Of a stretch of 32,000 nucleotides of DNA, positions 1 through 8,392 are shown one piece after another. The DNA is taken from positions 690,001-722,000 of the forward strand of contig NZ_AP028907.1 of the NCBI RefSeq assembly GCF_036323395.1. Reading direction: 5' to 3'. How positions within the stretch are numbered: position 1 is the first letter of the stretch; each line of letters begins with the position of its first letter. The translations under genes were made by a program, and so were the position numbers. The stretch is from Pyrodictium abyssi. GTDB lineage: Archaea > Thermoproteota > Thermoprotei_A > Sulfolobales > Pyrodictiaceae. The notes below the pieces were generated by a model. That model was not told the DNA's origin. It was given only the letters and a program-made list of their open reading frames with translations, and did no database searches.

Positions 1-2
1 AC

Positions 3-293
3 ACGGTTGTCAACGCGACGCCGCTGGGCAGCAAAGCCTGCTGCCCAGACGAGGCCCCTCCGGTGCTAGGAGGGCTGCACGAGGGCCAGGTCGTCTTCGA
101 CATGGTGTACAAGCCTCTAGAGACGCTGCTCCTCCGGAGAGCCCGCGAGGCAGGAGCCAGGACCGTGGATGGGCTGTGTATGCTCGTGTGGCAGGCCCTA
201 TACACGGACGAGATATGGCTCGGGATAGAGCCGACCCCGGAGCTCTACAACGCCGCCCGCGAGGCCGCCCTCCAGGCCATGAGGGAGGCCTAG
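3..293 (+). CDS. aroE: Shikimate dehydrogenase, C-terminal fragment (5' end outside window)
   Basis: Frame 3 is open from the window edge: TVVNATPLGSKACCPDEAPPVLGGLHEGQVVFDMVYKPLETLLLRRAREAGARTVDGLCMLVWQ. Contains the family motifs VNATPLG and VFDMVYKPLET.LLRRA...GA.TVDGL.MLVWQ. Confidence 0.9.
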   Translation, partial: TVVNATPLGSKACCPDEAPPVLGGLHEGQVVFDMVYKPLETLLLRRAREAGARTVDGLCMLVWQALYTDEIWLGIEPTPELYNAAREAALQAMREA

Positions 294-685
294 ACGGGCA
301 TGAACCACACCCTCTCCACGCCCCGTATCCGCCTCACCGTGGACATCAGGGGCTTCAGCTCGAGGGCGGAGGCCTCCACGACTGCTATGTTTATGCAACG
401 TTTGTCGTCGAGCAGCTGGTGGTAGAGCGCTCTCACCAGCGGCTGGTGGCTATGGAAGGCCTCTATGACTTTGCGGTCCGCTGTCGAGCCCTCGTCGTGG
501 CGCGTGACCGTCACTATTATCCAGGTTCTCCTCTCCCGGCCCTCTCCGGCCGCCTCTAGCTGCTCTATCATCCTCCTCAGCGCCTCCCGCACGAACTCCG
601 AGCGCCCCACGAAGCCCAGCTTCTCCATGTAGACGTCTATCTTCTCGAGTAGGCTCTCAGGTATAGAGACGCTGACTATCGGCAT
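290..685 (-). CDS. CopG/NikR-like ribbon-helix-helix regulator with C-terminal NikR-type ligand-binding domain
   Basis: N-terminus VSVSIPESLLEKIDVYMEKLGFVGRSEFVREALRRMI is a classic RHH. C-terminal domain has HSHQPLVRALYHQLLDDKRCINIAVVEA, similar in layout to the NikR metal-site region. Confidence 0.8.
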   Translation of the reverse strand: MPIVSVSIPESLLEKIDVYMEKLGFVGRSEFVREALRRMIEQLEAAGEGRERRTWIIVTVTRHDEGSTADRKVIEAFHSHQPLVRALYHQLLDDKRCINIAVVEASALELKPLMSTVRRIRGVERVWFMPV

Positions 686-775
686 CTCTTGGCCCCCGGG
701 CCTCCTGGCCCATATAATAGGGGGCCACGTAGCTCCTTAATATCTCTGATATAGTTAGCATAGATGACTCTTAAC

Positions 776-788
776 AATAACCGTTATT
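776..788. promoter_or_regulatory. Perfect palindrome AATAAC-C-GTTATT, candidate operator between the regulator and the ATPase
   Basis: Read directly: aataaccgttatt. A wider CTGATATA (746-753) / TATATCAG (788-795) inverted pair surrounds or abuts it. Confidence 0.4.
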
Positions 789-807
789 ATATCAGCGCTG
801 GCTGTAC

Positions 808-2610
808 GTGGCGAATGGTGCCGCGTGGTGGCCGATACACACCGCGAGGCCGTGGCTAGCACTGCTCGCCGCTAGCGCCGTGGCCCTGGCCCTAGAGCTT
901 CTGGGCCGGAGCGCTGCCCGCTCGTAGCGCTACTGGCTGCTGCGCTGCTGGCGAGGTTTGCTGCAAAGCTCCGGGAGGGGAGGATAACTGTCGACCTCCT
1001 CATGGGGTTCTCGCTGCTAGTACTCTACATGGAGGGCTTGCTCCTCGAGGCTGCGCTCGTGGCTGGGCTCAACGCTGTAGCCGAGATAGCCGAGGGCCTG
1101 GTAGAGGGGTCCGCGAGGCGCCGGCTAGCAGGGCTAAGGGAGCTGCTCCCGCGTAGCACGCTTGTCCGCCGCGGCGACGCTGTGGTAGAGGTGCCCGTAG
1201 ACGATGTGGGGCCTGGCGACATAGTGGTGGTGCCTCATGGCGGCACTGTGCCCGTCGACTCTACGCTTATGAGCAGATACGCTGTGTTCGACACCTCCAT
1301 GGTGACGGGCGAGCACACTCCGAGGCGGCTCGAGCAGGGATCGCTTGTCGAGAGCGGCTACGTGAACATCACCGGCGCCGCCATAGAGCTTCGGGCTGCT
1401 AGGCCGGCGGGGGGAGAGCCTGCTACAGCTGCTAGTACGCGAGGCCGAGGAGGCACTTGCCCGGAAGACCAGCGCGGAGAGGCTCATAGAGCGCATAACC
1501 CCCGCCTACATGGTGCTGCTCTTCGCCGTCTACGCCGCAGTCTCGCTAGCCCTCGGGCCCAGCCGGGGCCTCGTAGCAATACTAGCTGGGTGCCCGAGCA
1601 CCTACATAATAGCGTCTAGCTACACCTACATGTTGTCGCTGAGCCTGCTGGCCCGGCGCGGCGTAGTGGCCCGGGGCGCCTTCTCGAGGACATGAGCGCC
1701 CCGGGTATGGGCTGTGGTGCTGGACAAGACGGGTACGCTCACACCAGGCTTGCTCAGGGTAGCCAAGGTGGTTCCGGGGAGGCGGTTCAGCAGAGAGCTG
1801 GTGGACCTGGTAGCCGCTGCTGCCCGTATGAGCCTGCACCCCGCGTCGCGGGCTCTCGCAGAGCTGTCCCGGAGCCCGCTACCCGTCGACTATGCCCGCG
1901 AGGAGCCGGGAAGGGGCATCGTTGTCAGGGTTGCGGGCCGCTACGTGGTACTGGGCTCCTGTGGCTTCGTGGAGGAGTATACGGGCGAGAAGCTGCCGCC
2001 AAGGCCATGCGGGGACGTGGCGACCGTCTACGCCGCGGTGGACGGGGTCTTCGCGGCTGCCTTCTGCCCAGACGAGGAGCTAGGCACGGGCAGCGCCTGG
2101 GCTGTGGAGAAGCTGAAGAGCATGGGGCTGAGAGTGGTTATCGCTAGCGGCGACTCTAGCGGCTCCGTCCGCCGAGCCGCGGAGAGGCTCGGGGTGGAGT
2201 TCTACGCTGGGCTCCGGTCGGGCGACAAGAGGGCTCTAGTGGAGAGGCTCCGGGGCCATGGCCCCGTAATGGTTGTGGGTGACGGTGTTAACGATCTCCC
2301 GATGCTCGCTGCCGCTGACGTGGGCGTAGCCGTGGCCCGCGTAGCGCTGGTGGCTAGGAGTGCCGACGCTATCCTCCTCCGGGGCCCACCGGGGCTGATA
2401 GAACTCCTCAGGGTTGCCCAGGTGTTCCGCACCTCGCTGTACGCAGGGTTCACCGTAGCCACTGTGCTCAAGCTCGCCGCCGTCGCCGCCGGGCTTAGCG
2501 GCGCGCCACTCCCCTTGGTTCTAGCGCTGGGGGACGACGGGGCAATACTCACGGCTGTGGCTGCTGCTAGCCTAGCCGCGGCGGGGCTACGCAGCCGTAC
2601 CAGGTACTAG
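808..2610 (+). pseudogene. Heavy-metal-type P1B ATPase, broken by several apparent frameshifts
   Basis: Pieces in different frames assemble into one protein: 808-927 (WLALLAASAVALALELLG), about 903-1415 (RFAAKLREGRITVDLLMGFSLLVLYMEG...TSMVTGEHTP...), about 1414-1683 (ESLLQLLVREAEEALARKTSAERLIERITPAY...AGCPSTYIIA...) and about 1702-2610 (RVWAVVLDKTGTLTPG...GDGVNDLPMLAAADVGVAV). Motifs TGE, CP(S), DKTGTLT and GDGVND are present. Confidence 0.75.
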
Positions 2611-2750
2611 CCCCGAGACTAGGCTGCACTAGGCACGGGCACCGGGACTACCCCTAGCCGCCTTCTCGGCTCTGTGGATAGTCAGATAGTCAACTTGCAA
2701 AACTGATAAGAGAGGATATGCGCCCTCCTTGACGCTGGCAGGGGTTCTAG

Positions 2751-3665
2751 TTGTCACTATTCCAGAGTAGCCCCGGCGGCGCTGTGGACGCACCCTATGA
2801 AGATGCGTCTCTCATATCTGAGGAGCTGAGGCTACTCCTACGCCGCCGGGCCCCCGGGATGATAGTTGTACTGAACACGTACTCTCGGAGAATGTATGGT
2901 GTAGAATACCACGTGCTTCTGGCTAGGTCCCCTGCCTCCGCATACCGTGTGCTTGAGAAAGCGTACCGCGGCAGGGCCCCGAGCGCTGCCCGGGAGCTTC
3001 TAGCCCGGCCCCTCATGGAGGCTCTTAGGAGGACTAGCGTAAGCGAAGACGAGATAATAGAGTGTGCTGCCAGAGGAGATGATATAGGAGTATTCATAGC
3101 GCTTGGCCTGGCCGAGGACACAGGCCTGGAAGGCAGGGACAACGGCGGCGGGGCCTTCAAAGAGGCTGCGTCTGCAGCTCTTGCATGCTCTATTAGGATA
3201 GAGGAGATAGCAGCGAGAATATACAACCGCATAGCCGAGAAGCTTGAAGGCCCTCTAGCAGATGCCCTCGCTCCAGCACTAGACTACATAGCTAATAGCA
3301 GCCGTGTACACTCCAGCGTGCTTAGCAGCGTAGCCTCGGCACTCGGCATAAGCGTAGGCAAGTGCCCGGACGACGACAAGGGCCTTCTAGCCGAGCTAGA
3401 AGCGCTCTATAGACAGCTTAGCAGCAGAGACTCGATAAGCCTGGAAGACGCTCTAGCCGTGTTTAGGAAGCTAGCGGCCGTGGAGAGGAGTATAAACGAA
3501 GAGGAGTACGTGAAGCTCCTCATACCCCTGCTCGGCAATATGCTCGAAGGGAGAATGCTAAGGCTCTACCACAGCCTGCTAGAGTCGATCATAAGAGACG
3601 AGGAGAACCACGAAAGGATAGCAAAAATGGTCTATAGCCTGCTTGCAGAGGGTGTAAAAAGATAG
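2751..3665 (+). CDS. Helical protein, possible ferritin-like/rubrerythrin-like superfamily member
   Basis: 304-aa ORF. Helices with CSIRIEEIAARIYNRIAEKL, YIANSSRVHSSVL and IIRDEENHERIAKMVYSLL resemble E...ExxH ferritin-like patterns. TTG start is uncertain. Confidence 0.45.
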   Translation: MSLFQSSPGGAVDAPYEDASLISEELRLLLRRRAPGMIVVLNTYSRRMYGVEYHVLLARSPASAYRVLEKAYRGRAPSAARELLARPLMEALRRTSVSEDEIIECAARGDDIGVFIALGLAEDTGLEGRDNGGGAFKEAASAALACSIRIEEIAARIYNRIAEKLEGPLADALAPALDYIANSSRVHSSVLSSVASALGISVGKCPDDDKGLLAELEALYRQLSSRDSISLEDALAVFRKLAAVERSINEEEYVKLLIPLLGNMLEGRMLRLYHSLLESIIRDEENHERIAKMVYSLLAEGVKR

Positions 3666-3668
3666 ACT

Positions 3669-6600
3669 CTAGTCCTCCTCTTCCTTTTCGAGCTCTTTGC
3701 CCTTCTCCTCGCTCTTCTTAGACTCCTTAGTCTCCTTCTCATGCTTCTCCTTGACCTCCTCCTTCTCGGACTTAGCCTTGCCGGCTGACTCGGCTGTGCT
3801 GCTGGGCTTCGTAGTCTCCTTCTTTGCGCCTACGCTCTCCTTCTCGGACTTTGACTCCTCCCTCTGCTGTTCACTAGAGCCCTTTTCCTCCGGTTTCTGC
3901 TGGACGCCCTGGCTCGTGCCTGCAGCCGTAGCCTGGGCCTGGACGCTGTCTAGCAGCTCGTCTGCCTGCTGTAGTAGGCTACGAGCATCAGCCACCAGGC
4001 TTTGAGCGCTCACTAGGTCGCCTGCCTCTACTGCGCTCTTAGCCTGGGAGAGCAGGGCTACAGCGTTGTCGACGAGGGCTTTAGCCTGGTTTATCATCTC
4101 TTCTAGAGTCTCGTTGCCAGCTGCTAGCTGTCCTAGCCTATCGATGCGCTCATAGAGCTTCTCTGCGCGGTCGAGTAGGCTGTCTATCTCCTTCTCTAGG
4201 TTCTCGGCCGCATAGTAGCCAGTGGCATTCTGAGCCTGCTGTGTTGCAGTTGCATTGGCTGCTGTGGTGTTACCATGTACCATGCTACCGGCCTGCTCTT
4301 TGCCTGGCCCGGTCTCCTCTTCGTGCTTCTCTTCTCCCTCCTTCTTCTGCTTCTCTACCTCCTCCTTGCCGCTGGTGCTCTCTTCTCCGGCTTCAGTCTT
4401 GCTCTTGGATTCCTCCTTCTCCTTCACCTTCTCTCCGGGCTTCTCTGCCCCACTGCTCTCCTTGTTCTCTGTCTTCCCCTCTGTCTCCTTCTTTGTCTTC
4501 GACTTCTCTTCCTCCTTTTCCTCCTTCTTGTTCTCTGCTAGCTCCTTCTCCTCCGTCTTAGCCTTCTCCTTCTCCTTAGCCTCCTCCTCTGGCTTCTTGC
4601 CATGCTTAGCCTTCTCAGCAGCCTTGACAACGTTCATGTACATGCTAGCTATCTGGCTCGATAGCTGCGCCTTGTAGGCTGCCTCGCTCGCCTTCTCTAG
4701 CGCCTCGCGGTACAGCTCAAGGGCCTTCGCTATGTTGCCCTTAGCTAGCTCTTCTTCAGCACGCTTCATGTATGCTAGCGCCTTTGCCAGCTCTTCCTGG
4801 GCGTCGTAGAGCTTGTCGAGGGCCTCTTCTCTGGCCTCAGTGTAGTTGACCTGCTGTATCACCTGCATGCTCTGGTTTATAGCAGCCCTAGCGCTATCTA
4901 TCTTGGCCTCTAGCCTGGCCTTGAGCGCTGCTAGCGTCTCGTTGCCCAGTATAGGCTGGTGCTCGTACTTCTCCTCTGGCTTCTCGCCGAGCTGTTTCTC
5001 CGCGGTCTTTACCAGGTAAGCGTTAGCCTTGTTGACGTACCTCTCGGCCTTCGCTACGTACCTCTCGACGTCGTCGAGCACCTTTACCACGGTTACTAGG
5101 TCGCTCTGTTCGAGCGCTGTACGCGCTATTGCTAGCCTCGCGCTAGCCTTCGCTAGCTCTTCCTTGGCGTCACTGAGCAGGTCTAGCACCTTGGGGTCGC
5201 TGGTAGCGTTTTCCAGCACTGCTATCTCGTCCATTAGGGTGCTTATCCTGGTTGATAGCCTGTCTATCCTCGCGGAGAACGCCGCTATTACAGCCTCTAT
5301 TGTAGCGTTGGTGGTGTTCAAGCCGGCAGCTGCGTATATCTTCGCGGCGAGCATGGCCTGCTGGATGGTCTCGTTGGCGCTAGCCATACTGGCTAGGGCC
5401 ACCTGTAGCATGTCCTCTTCCTCGGGCTCAACACCCATTTCCCTTAGCTTCTCCTGGACCTTCTCTACCAGCTTGAGCGCCTTGGCCAGGCTCTCCTGTA
5501 GCCTGGCCATGTACTGGGCTACATCGGTAACGTTGGTAGCGTTAGCCGCCTGTAGCAGCTGCGCCATAGTGGCGTTATCTACCTGCATGGCTAGCATGAA
5601 TACCTTGCTTGCCTCTATCCTGGCTACTACCTGTTTCATGACCTGGGTCACGTTCTCCGCAGTGTAGTTGCCGAGCCTAGTCATGTTGCGGAGCTGCTGT
5701 GCTAGCTGTATTAGCTCGGTGTCATTCAGCTTGTAGGCCATCTCCTCTACAGTCTCTACTATCTTCTCCATCACACGTTCCTGTATCCTCTCCTTGACCT
5801 TCTCAACAGACTTTTCGCTGGTCTTCTTTATCCGCTCTACTAGCACCTTGTGGGCTACCACAGTCTCGTGTAGTAGCTGCATCACCTGGTCGTCTGTTAG
5901 GCTGCTTAGCTGTGTAGCCGTTGTCACCGCGTGGTATATCATTACGGCGTAGTCGAGCGGTATGTCTAGGGCCTCTGCTATCTGCTCCGGCGTCGCGTTG
6001 AGCAGTCCTAGGCCTGCTAGCACGCTGCGTATCATGCTGCTGTAGACTAGTACTAGGGCGCGTGCTTCGCCGGGTGTGGCGTTAGCCAGGTGCGTGAATG
6101 TCATGTTGAATTCTATGCCTGGTGTGGATACTGATACCGTGGTTGTCACGTTTACCTCTACTGTCTCGTTGCTGGCTGTGACCTCTGCGCCCGCTGTCGT
6201 CTCTACTATTGCTGTTGTGTTTATTGTATTGCCTTCGGTCGTGTTTGTTGCTGTCGTTGTCTCTGTCACGTTCTCTATCGTTGTCGTATTTTCTACTAGC
6301 TCGCCAGTGGTTGTCACGTTGGTAGTGTTGGTGGTCTCGGCCGTGGTAGTGTTTTCTAGCAGTGTTGTCACGTTCTCTATTATTGATACTGTGTCCGTTG
6401 TGTTCTCTACTACTGTCGTTGTCTCGGTCTCGTTTGTCTGAGTCGTGTTCTCTAGGGTTATTGTTGTTGCCTCTGTAGTCTCATTGACTAGTGTTGTATT
6501 GTCTACCGTTGTTTCTATTGTTGTTGACTCGTTGACTGTTTCTGTGGTATTAGTCAGTAGTAGTTCTGTTGTATTGTCGGCTGTTGTGTTTACATCTGTG

Positions 6601-6749
6601 GTGTTGTCTAGTAGTGTTGTAGTGTTTGTGTCCTCCTCGGCTACAGCTACTGCTACTAGTAGGGGTGATATGCTGCTGATCGCGAGTAGTGCTATGAAGC
6701 CTAGGGCTATGATGCTTAGTAGTCTTGGGCTATGGATCGGGGTGGGCAT
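3669..6749 (-). CDS. Large secreted/cell-surface protein: signal segment, Thr/Asn-rich sequon region, long helical region, Lys/Glu-rich C-terminus
   Basis: ORF track gives 3669..6857. An ATG at 6749 (MPTPIHSPRLLSIIALGFIALLAISSISPLLVAVAVAEED) is preceded by AGGTGAG, so this is the preferred start. It is followed by many NTT/NTS/NET sequons, then predicted coiled coil (KLSTRISTLMDEIAVLE..., LEKEIDSLLDRAEKLYERIDRL...). Confidence 0.85.
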   Translation of the reverse strand: MPTPIHSPRLLSIIALGFIALLAISSISPLLVAVAVAEEDTNTTTLLDNTTDVNTTADNTTELLLTNTTETVNESTTIETTVDNTTLVNETTEATTITLENTTQTNETETTTVVENTTDTVSIIENVTTLLENTTTAETTNTTNVTTTGELVENTTTIENVTETTTATNTTEGNTINTTAIVETTAGAEVTASNETVEVNVTTTVSVSTPGIEFNMTFTHLANATPGEARALVLVYSSMIRSVLAGLGLLNATPEQIAEALDIPLDYAVMIYHAVTTATQLSSLTDDQVMQLLHETVVAHKVLVERIKKTSEKSVEKVKERIQERVMEKIVETVEEMAYKLNDTELIQLAQQLRNMTRLGNYTAENVTQVMKQVVARIEASKVFMLAMQVDNATMAQLLQAANATNVTDVAQYMARLQESLAKALKLVEKVQEKLREMGVEPEEEDMLQVALASMASANETIQQAMLAAKIYAAAGLNTTNATIEAVIAAFSARIDRLSTRISTLMDEIAVLENATSDPKVLDLLSDAKEELAKASARLAIARTALEQSDLVTVVKVLDDVERYVAKAERYVNKANAYLVKTAEKQLGEKPEEKYEHQPILGNETLAALKARLEAKIDSARAAINQSMQVIQQVNYTEAREEALDKLYDAQEELAKALAYMKRAEEELAKGNIAKALELYREALEKASEAAYKAQLSSQIASMYMNVVKAAEKAKHGKKPEEEAKEKEKAKTEEKELAENKKEEKEEEKSKTKKETEGKTENKESSGAEKPGEKVKEKEESKSKTEAGEESTSGKEEVEKQKKEGEEKHEEETGPGKEQAGSMVHGNTTAANATATQQAQNATGYYAAENLEKEIDSLLDRAEKLYERIDRLGQLAAGNETLEEMINQAKALVDNAVALLSQAKSAVEAGDLVSAQSLVADARSLLQQADELLDSVQAQATAAGTSQGVQQKPEEKGSSEQQREESKSEKESVGAKKETTKPSSTAESAGKAKSEKEEVKEKHEKETKESKKSEEKGKELEKEEED

Positions 6750-6845
6750 TGTTCTCACCTGTGGCTCCCCGGGTATCCCCTGGGGGCTCTGGTTCTCAAA
6801 AGGGGGCGGCCGGTACCATGGCGGACTACATGGTTTCATTAGGTG

Positions 6846-6881
6846 TGGAACAAACAATTGGTTCCAGGACCTAACTGGAAC
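6846..6881. promoter_or_regulatory. Three-half-site array TGGAAC-N9-GTTCCA-N9-TGGAAC
   Basis: TGGAAC at 6846-6851, GTTCCA at 6861-6866 and TGGAAC at 6876-6881. The array lies just inside a minus-strand TATA-like element (cttaaaatatgg on the + strand, about 6889-6901). Confidence 0.5.
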
Positions 6882-7074
6882 GCTAACGTCTTAAAATATG
6901 GTTAGCCTTGCTTCGCGCGGCAGTCAGAGCCCCCGGGACCAGAGGTAGGGGTTCGTTGCATGCGTAAGAGCAATACTGTGCCGTGCGCCTAGCCATAGTG
7001 TATGGGTGCACCCAGATGCCGGGCTTCTGGCTGCATAGAGGGATACAGGGTCTGTGAACGGAGGGTGGTAGGCC

Positions 7075-8319
7075 ATGTCTACTGGGCTGTCCCGTATACT
7101 AGTCTCCGCTACTATACTACTAGCTATCGCTGCCCTAGGAATCGGCGCCGTGAGCGCTAAGGCCGAGCTTACCGAGACGCCACTGATAACTATCGGCGGC
7201 GATGGCGTTGTCACCGTAGAGGTGTGGGGCTCGGCGTCGCCGGGCCTAAACGAGTACCCAGCGCCAGCCCCAGCGATACCAGCTACGATAGAGGCGCGGC
7301 TGAACGGCGAACTACTCCCAGCCATATACACGGAGAACAGCATATACATTGCTACATCAGCGAGCGGCGACGTATACATACACTACATAGCGGACGTGGC
7401 CGAGGCCAACGGCGTACTAAAGTTCAACATAACGTACAATGGGCCCGTCAAGCTCTACATAAGCCCGGGAGTAGTCCTGCTTACACTCCCTCAGGGCTTT
7501 GTGAACGCTACCAGTGTCGACGGCTCCCTCATACTCTACATAAAGGGTCCAAGCACCATAGAATATACCCTAGTGTCCGCGCCAGTACAGCCAGCACCAG
7601 CAGCTACAACCACAGCAGCTACAGCTACGCAGGCTACACAACAGCCCGCCGAAACCACCACAACCACAACAGCTACAACCACGACCACAGCAACAACAAC
7701 TGAGACAAGCTACACAGAAACACCAACAGCCACCACGACGACCCAGACAACAACCACGACCACGACGGCTGCCACAACCCCGGCAGGAAAGGCTGAAGCC
7801 ACGACCACTACTCCGGCTAAAACCACGACAACCACTACCACTACGACCAAACAAGAGACCATAGAGACAACAACGGCCACGACAACAGCAACGGCAGCAG
7901 CTACCCCTACAGCCACAACGACACAGACGCCCACCGCGACACCTATTACAACACCACAGGAGAGCAAAGGCAGCTCAGTGCTACCACTGGTGGCCCTGGC
8001 CGCTATTGCGGCAGTAGTAGGCGGCCTTGTGGCACTTAGACGGAGCAATTTTCGTAGCAGGGGAAATAGCCCCGCCACAGAGCCCAGAGTAGTCTCAAGC
8101 ACCGTCCTCGACGAGGTGGACCGGCTGATAATCAGGAAGCTCGAGGAGCACGGTGGCTCGATGCTGCAGAGCCAGCTGCTGAGGGAGACCGGGATACCGA
8201 AGACCACGCTATGGAGGCACGTGAGGAGGCTAGCAGAGCAAGGCTACATAAGGATAGAGAAAGAGGGCAAGTCTAACAGGCTGACACTGCTAAAGAAGCC
8301 CGAGGAGGACCAGCACTAG
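7075..8319 (+). CDS. Membrane-anchored winged-helix regulator: signal/TM, extracytoplasmic domain, Thr-rich stalk, TM, cytoplasmic wHTH
   Basis: Starts MSTGLSRILVSATILLAIAALGIGAVSA after GGAGGGTGG. Thr/Ala/Pro-rich stretch, then TM SVLPLVALAAIAAVVGGLVAL, then STVLDEVDRLIIRKLEEHGGSMLQSQLLRETGIPKTTLWRHVRRLAEQGYIRIEKEGKSNRLTL. Confidence 0.85.
   Translation: MSTGLSRILVSATILLAIAALGIGAVSAKAELTETPLITIGGDGVVTVEVWGSASPGLNEYPAPAPAIPATIEARLNGELLPAIYTENSIYIATSASGDVYIHYIADVAEANGVLKFNITYNGPVKLYISPGVVLLTLPQGFVNATSVDGSLILYIKGPSTIEYTLVSAPVQPAPAATTTAATATQATQQPAETTTTTTATTTTTATTTETSYTETPTATTTTQTTTTTTTAATTPAGKAEATTTTPAKTTTTTTTTTKQETIETTTATTTATAAATPTATTTQTPTATPITTPQESKGSSVLPLVALAAIAAVVGGLVALRRSNFRSRGNSPATEPRVVSSTVLDEVDRLIIRKLEEHGGSMLQSQLLRETGIPKTTLWRHVRRLAEQGYIRIEKEGKSNRLTLLKKPEEDQH
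7591..7960 (+). repeat. ACC/ACA/ACG (Thr) low-complexity tract encoding the stalk
   Basis: Long runs such as TTTTTTATTTTTATTTETSYTETPTATTTTQTTTTTTTAATT. Confidence 0.8.
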
Positions 8320-8392
8320 CCCCTGGTGGCCCCGGGCCCAAGCGCTGAGCAGCTCCGGTTTTCCCCACCCAGGAGGGGTTGCTGGTGTCCTT

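Noticed and set aside
1134-1839. Minus-strand ORFs 1134..1496 and 1582..1839
   Set aside because: Low-information translations opposite recognisable P-type ATPase segments.
3697-6441. Many long + strand ORFs (e.g. 4255..4677, 5029..5667, 6076..6441)
   Set aside because: They are antisense to the repetitive surface protein gene. Their Ser/Leu/Val/Phe-rich translations simply mirror Thr/Glu/Lys codons, and the sense frame has a signal peptide and SD.
3669-6670. CRISPR or tandem repeat array suspicion from periodic text
   Set aside because: Periodicity is codon-level Thr/Asn and Glu/Lys low complexity, with no constant repeat-spacer structure.
7224-8207. ORFs 7224..7703 +, 7570..7854 - and 7710..8207 -
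   Set aside because: Overlapping reading of the ACC/ACA-rich Thr tract; products are low complexity and the sense gene is well supported.
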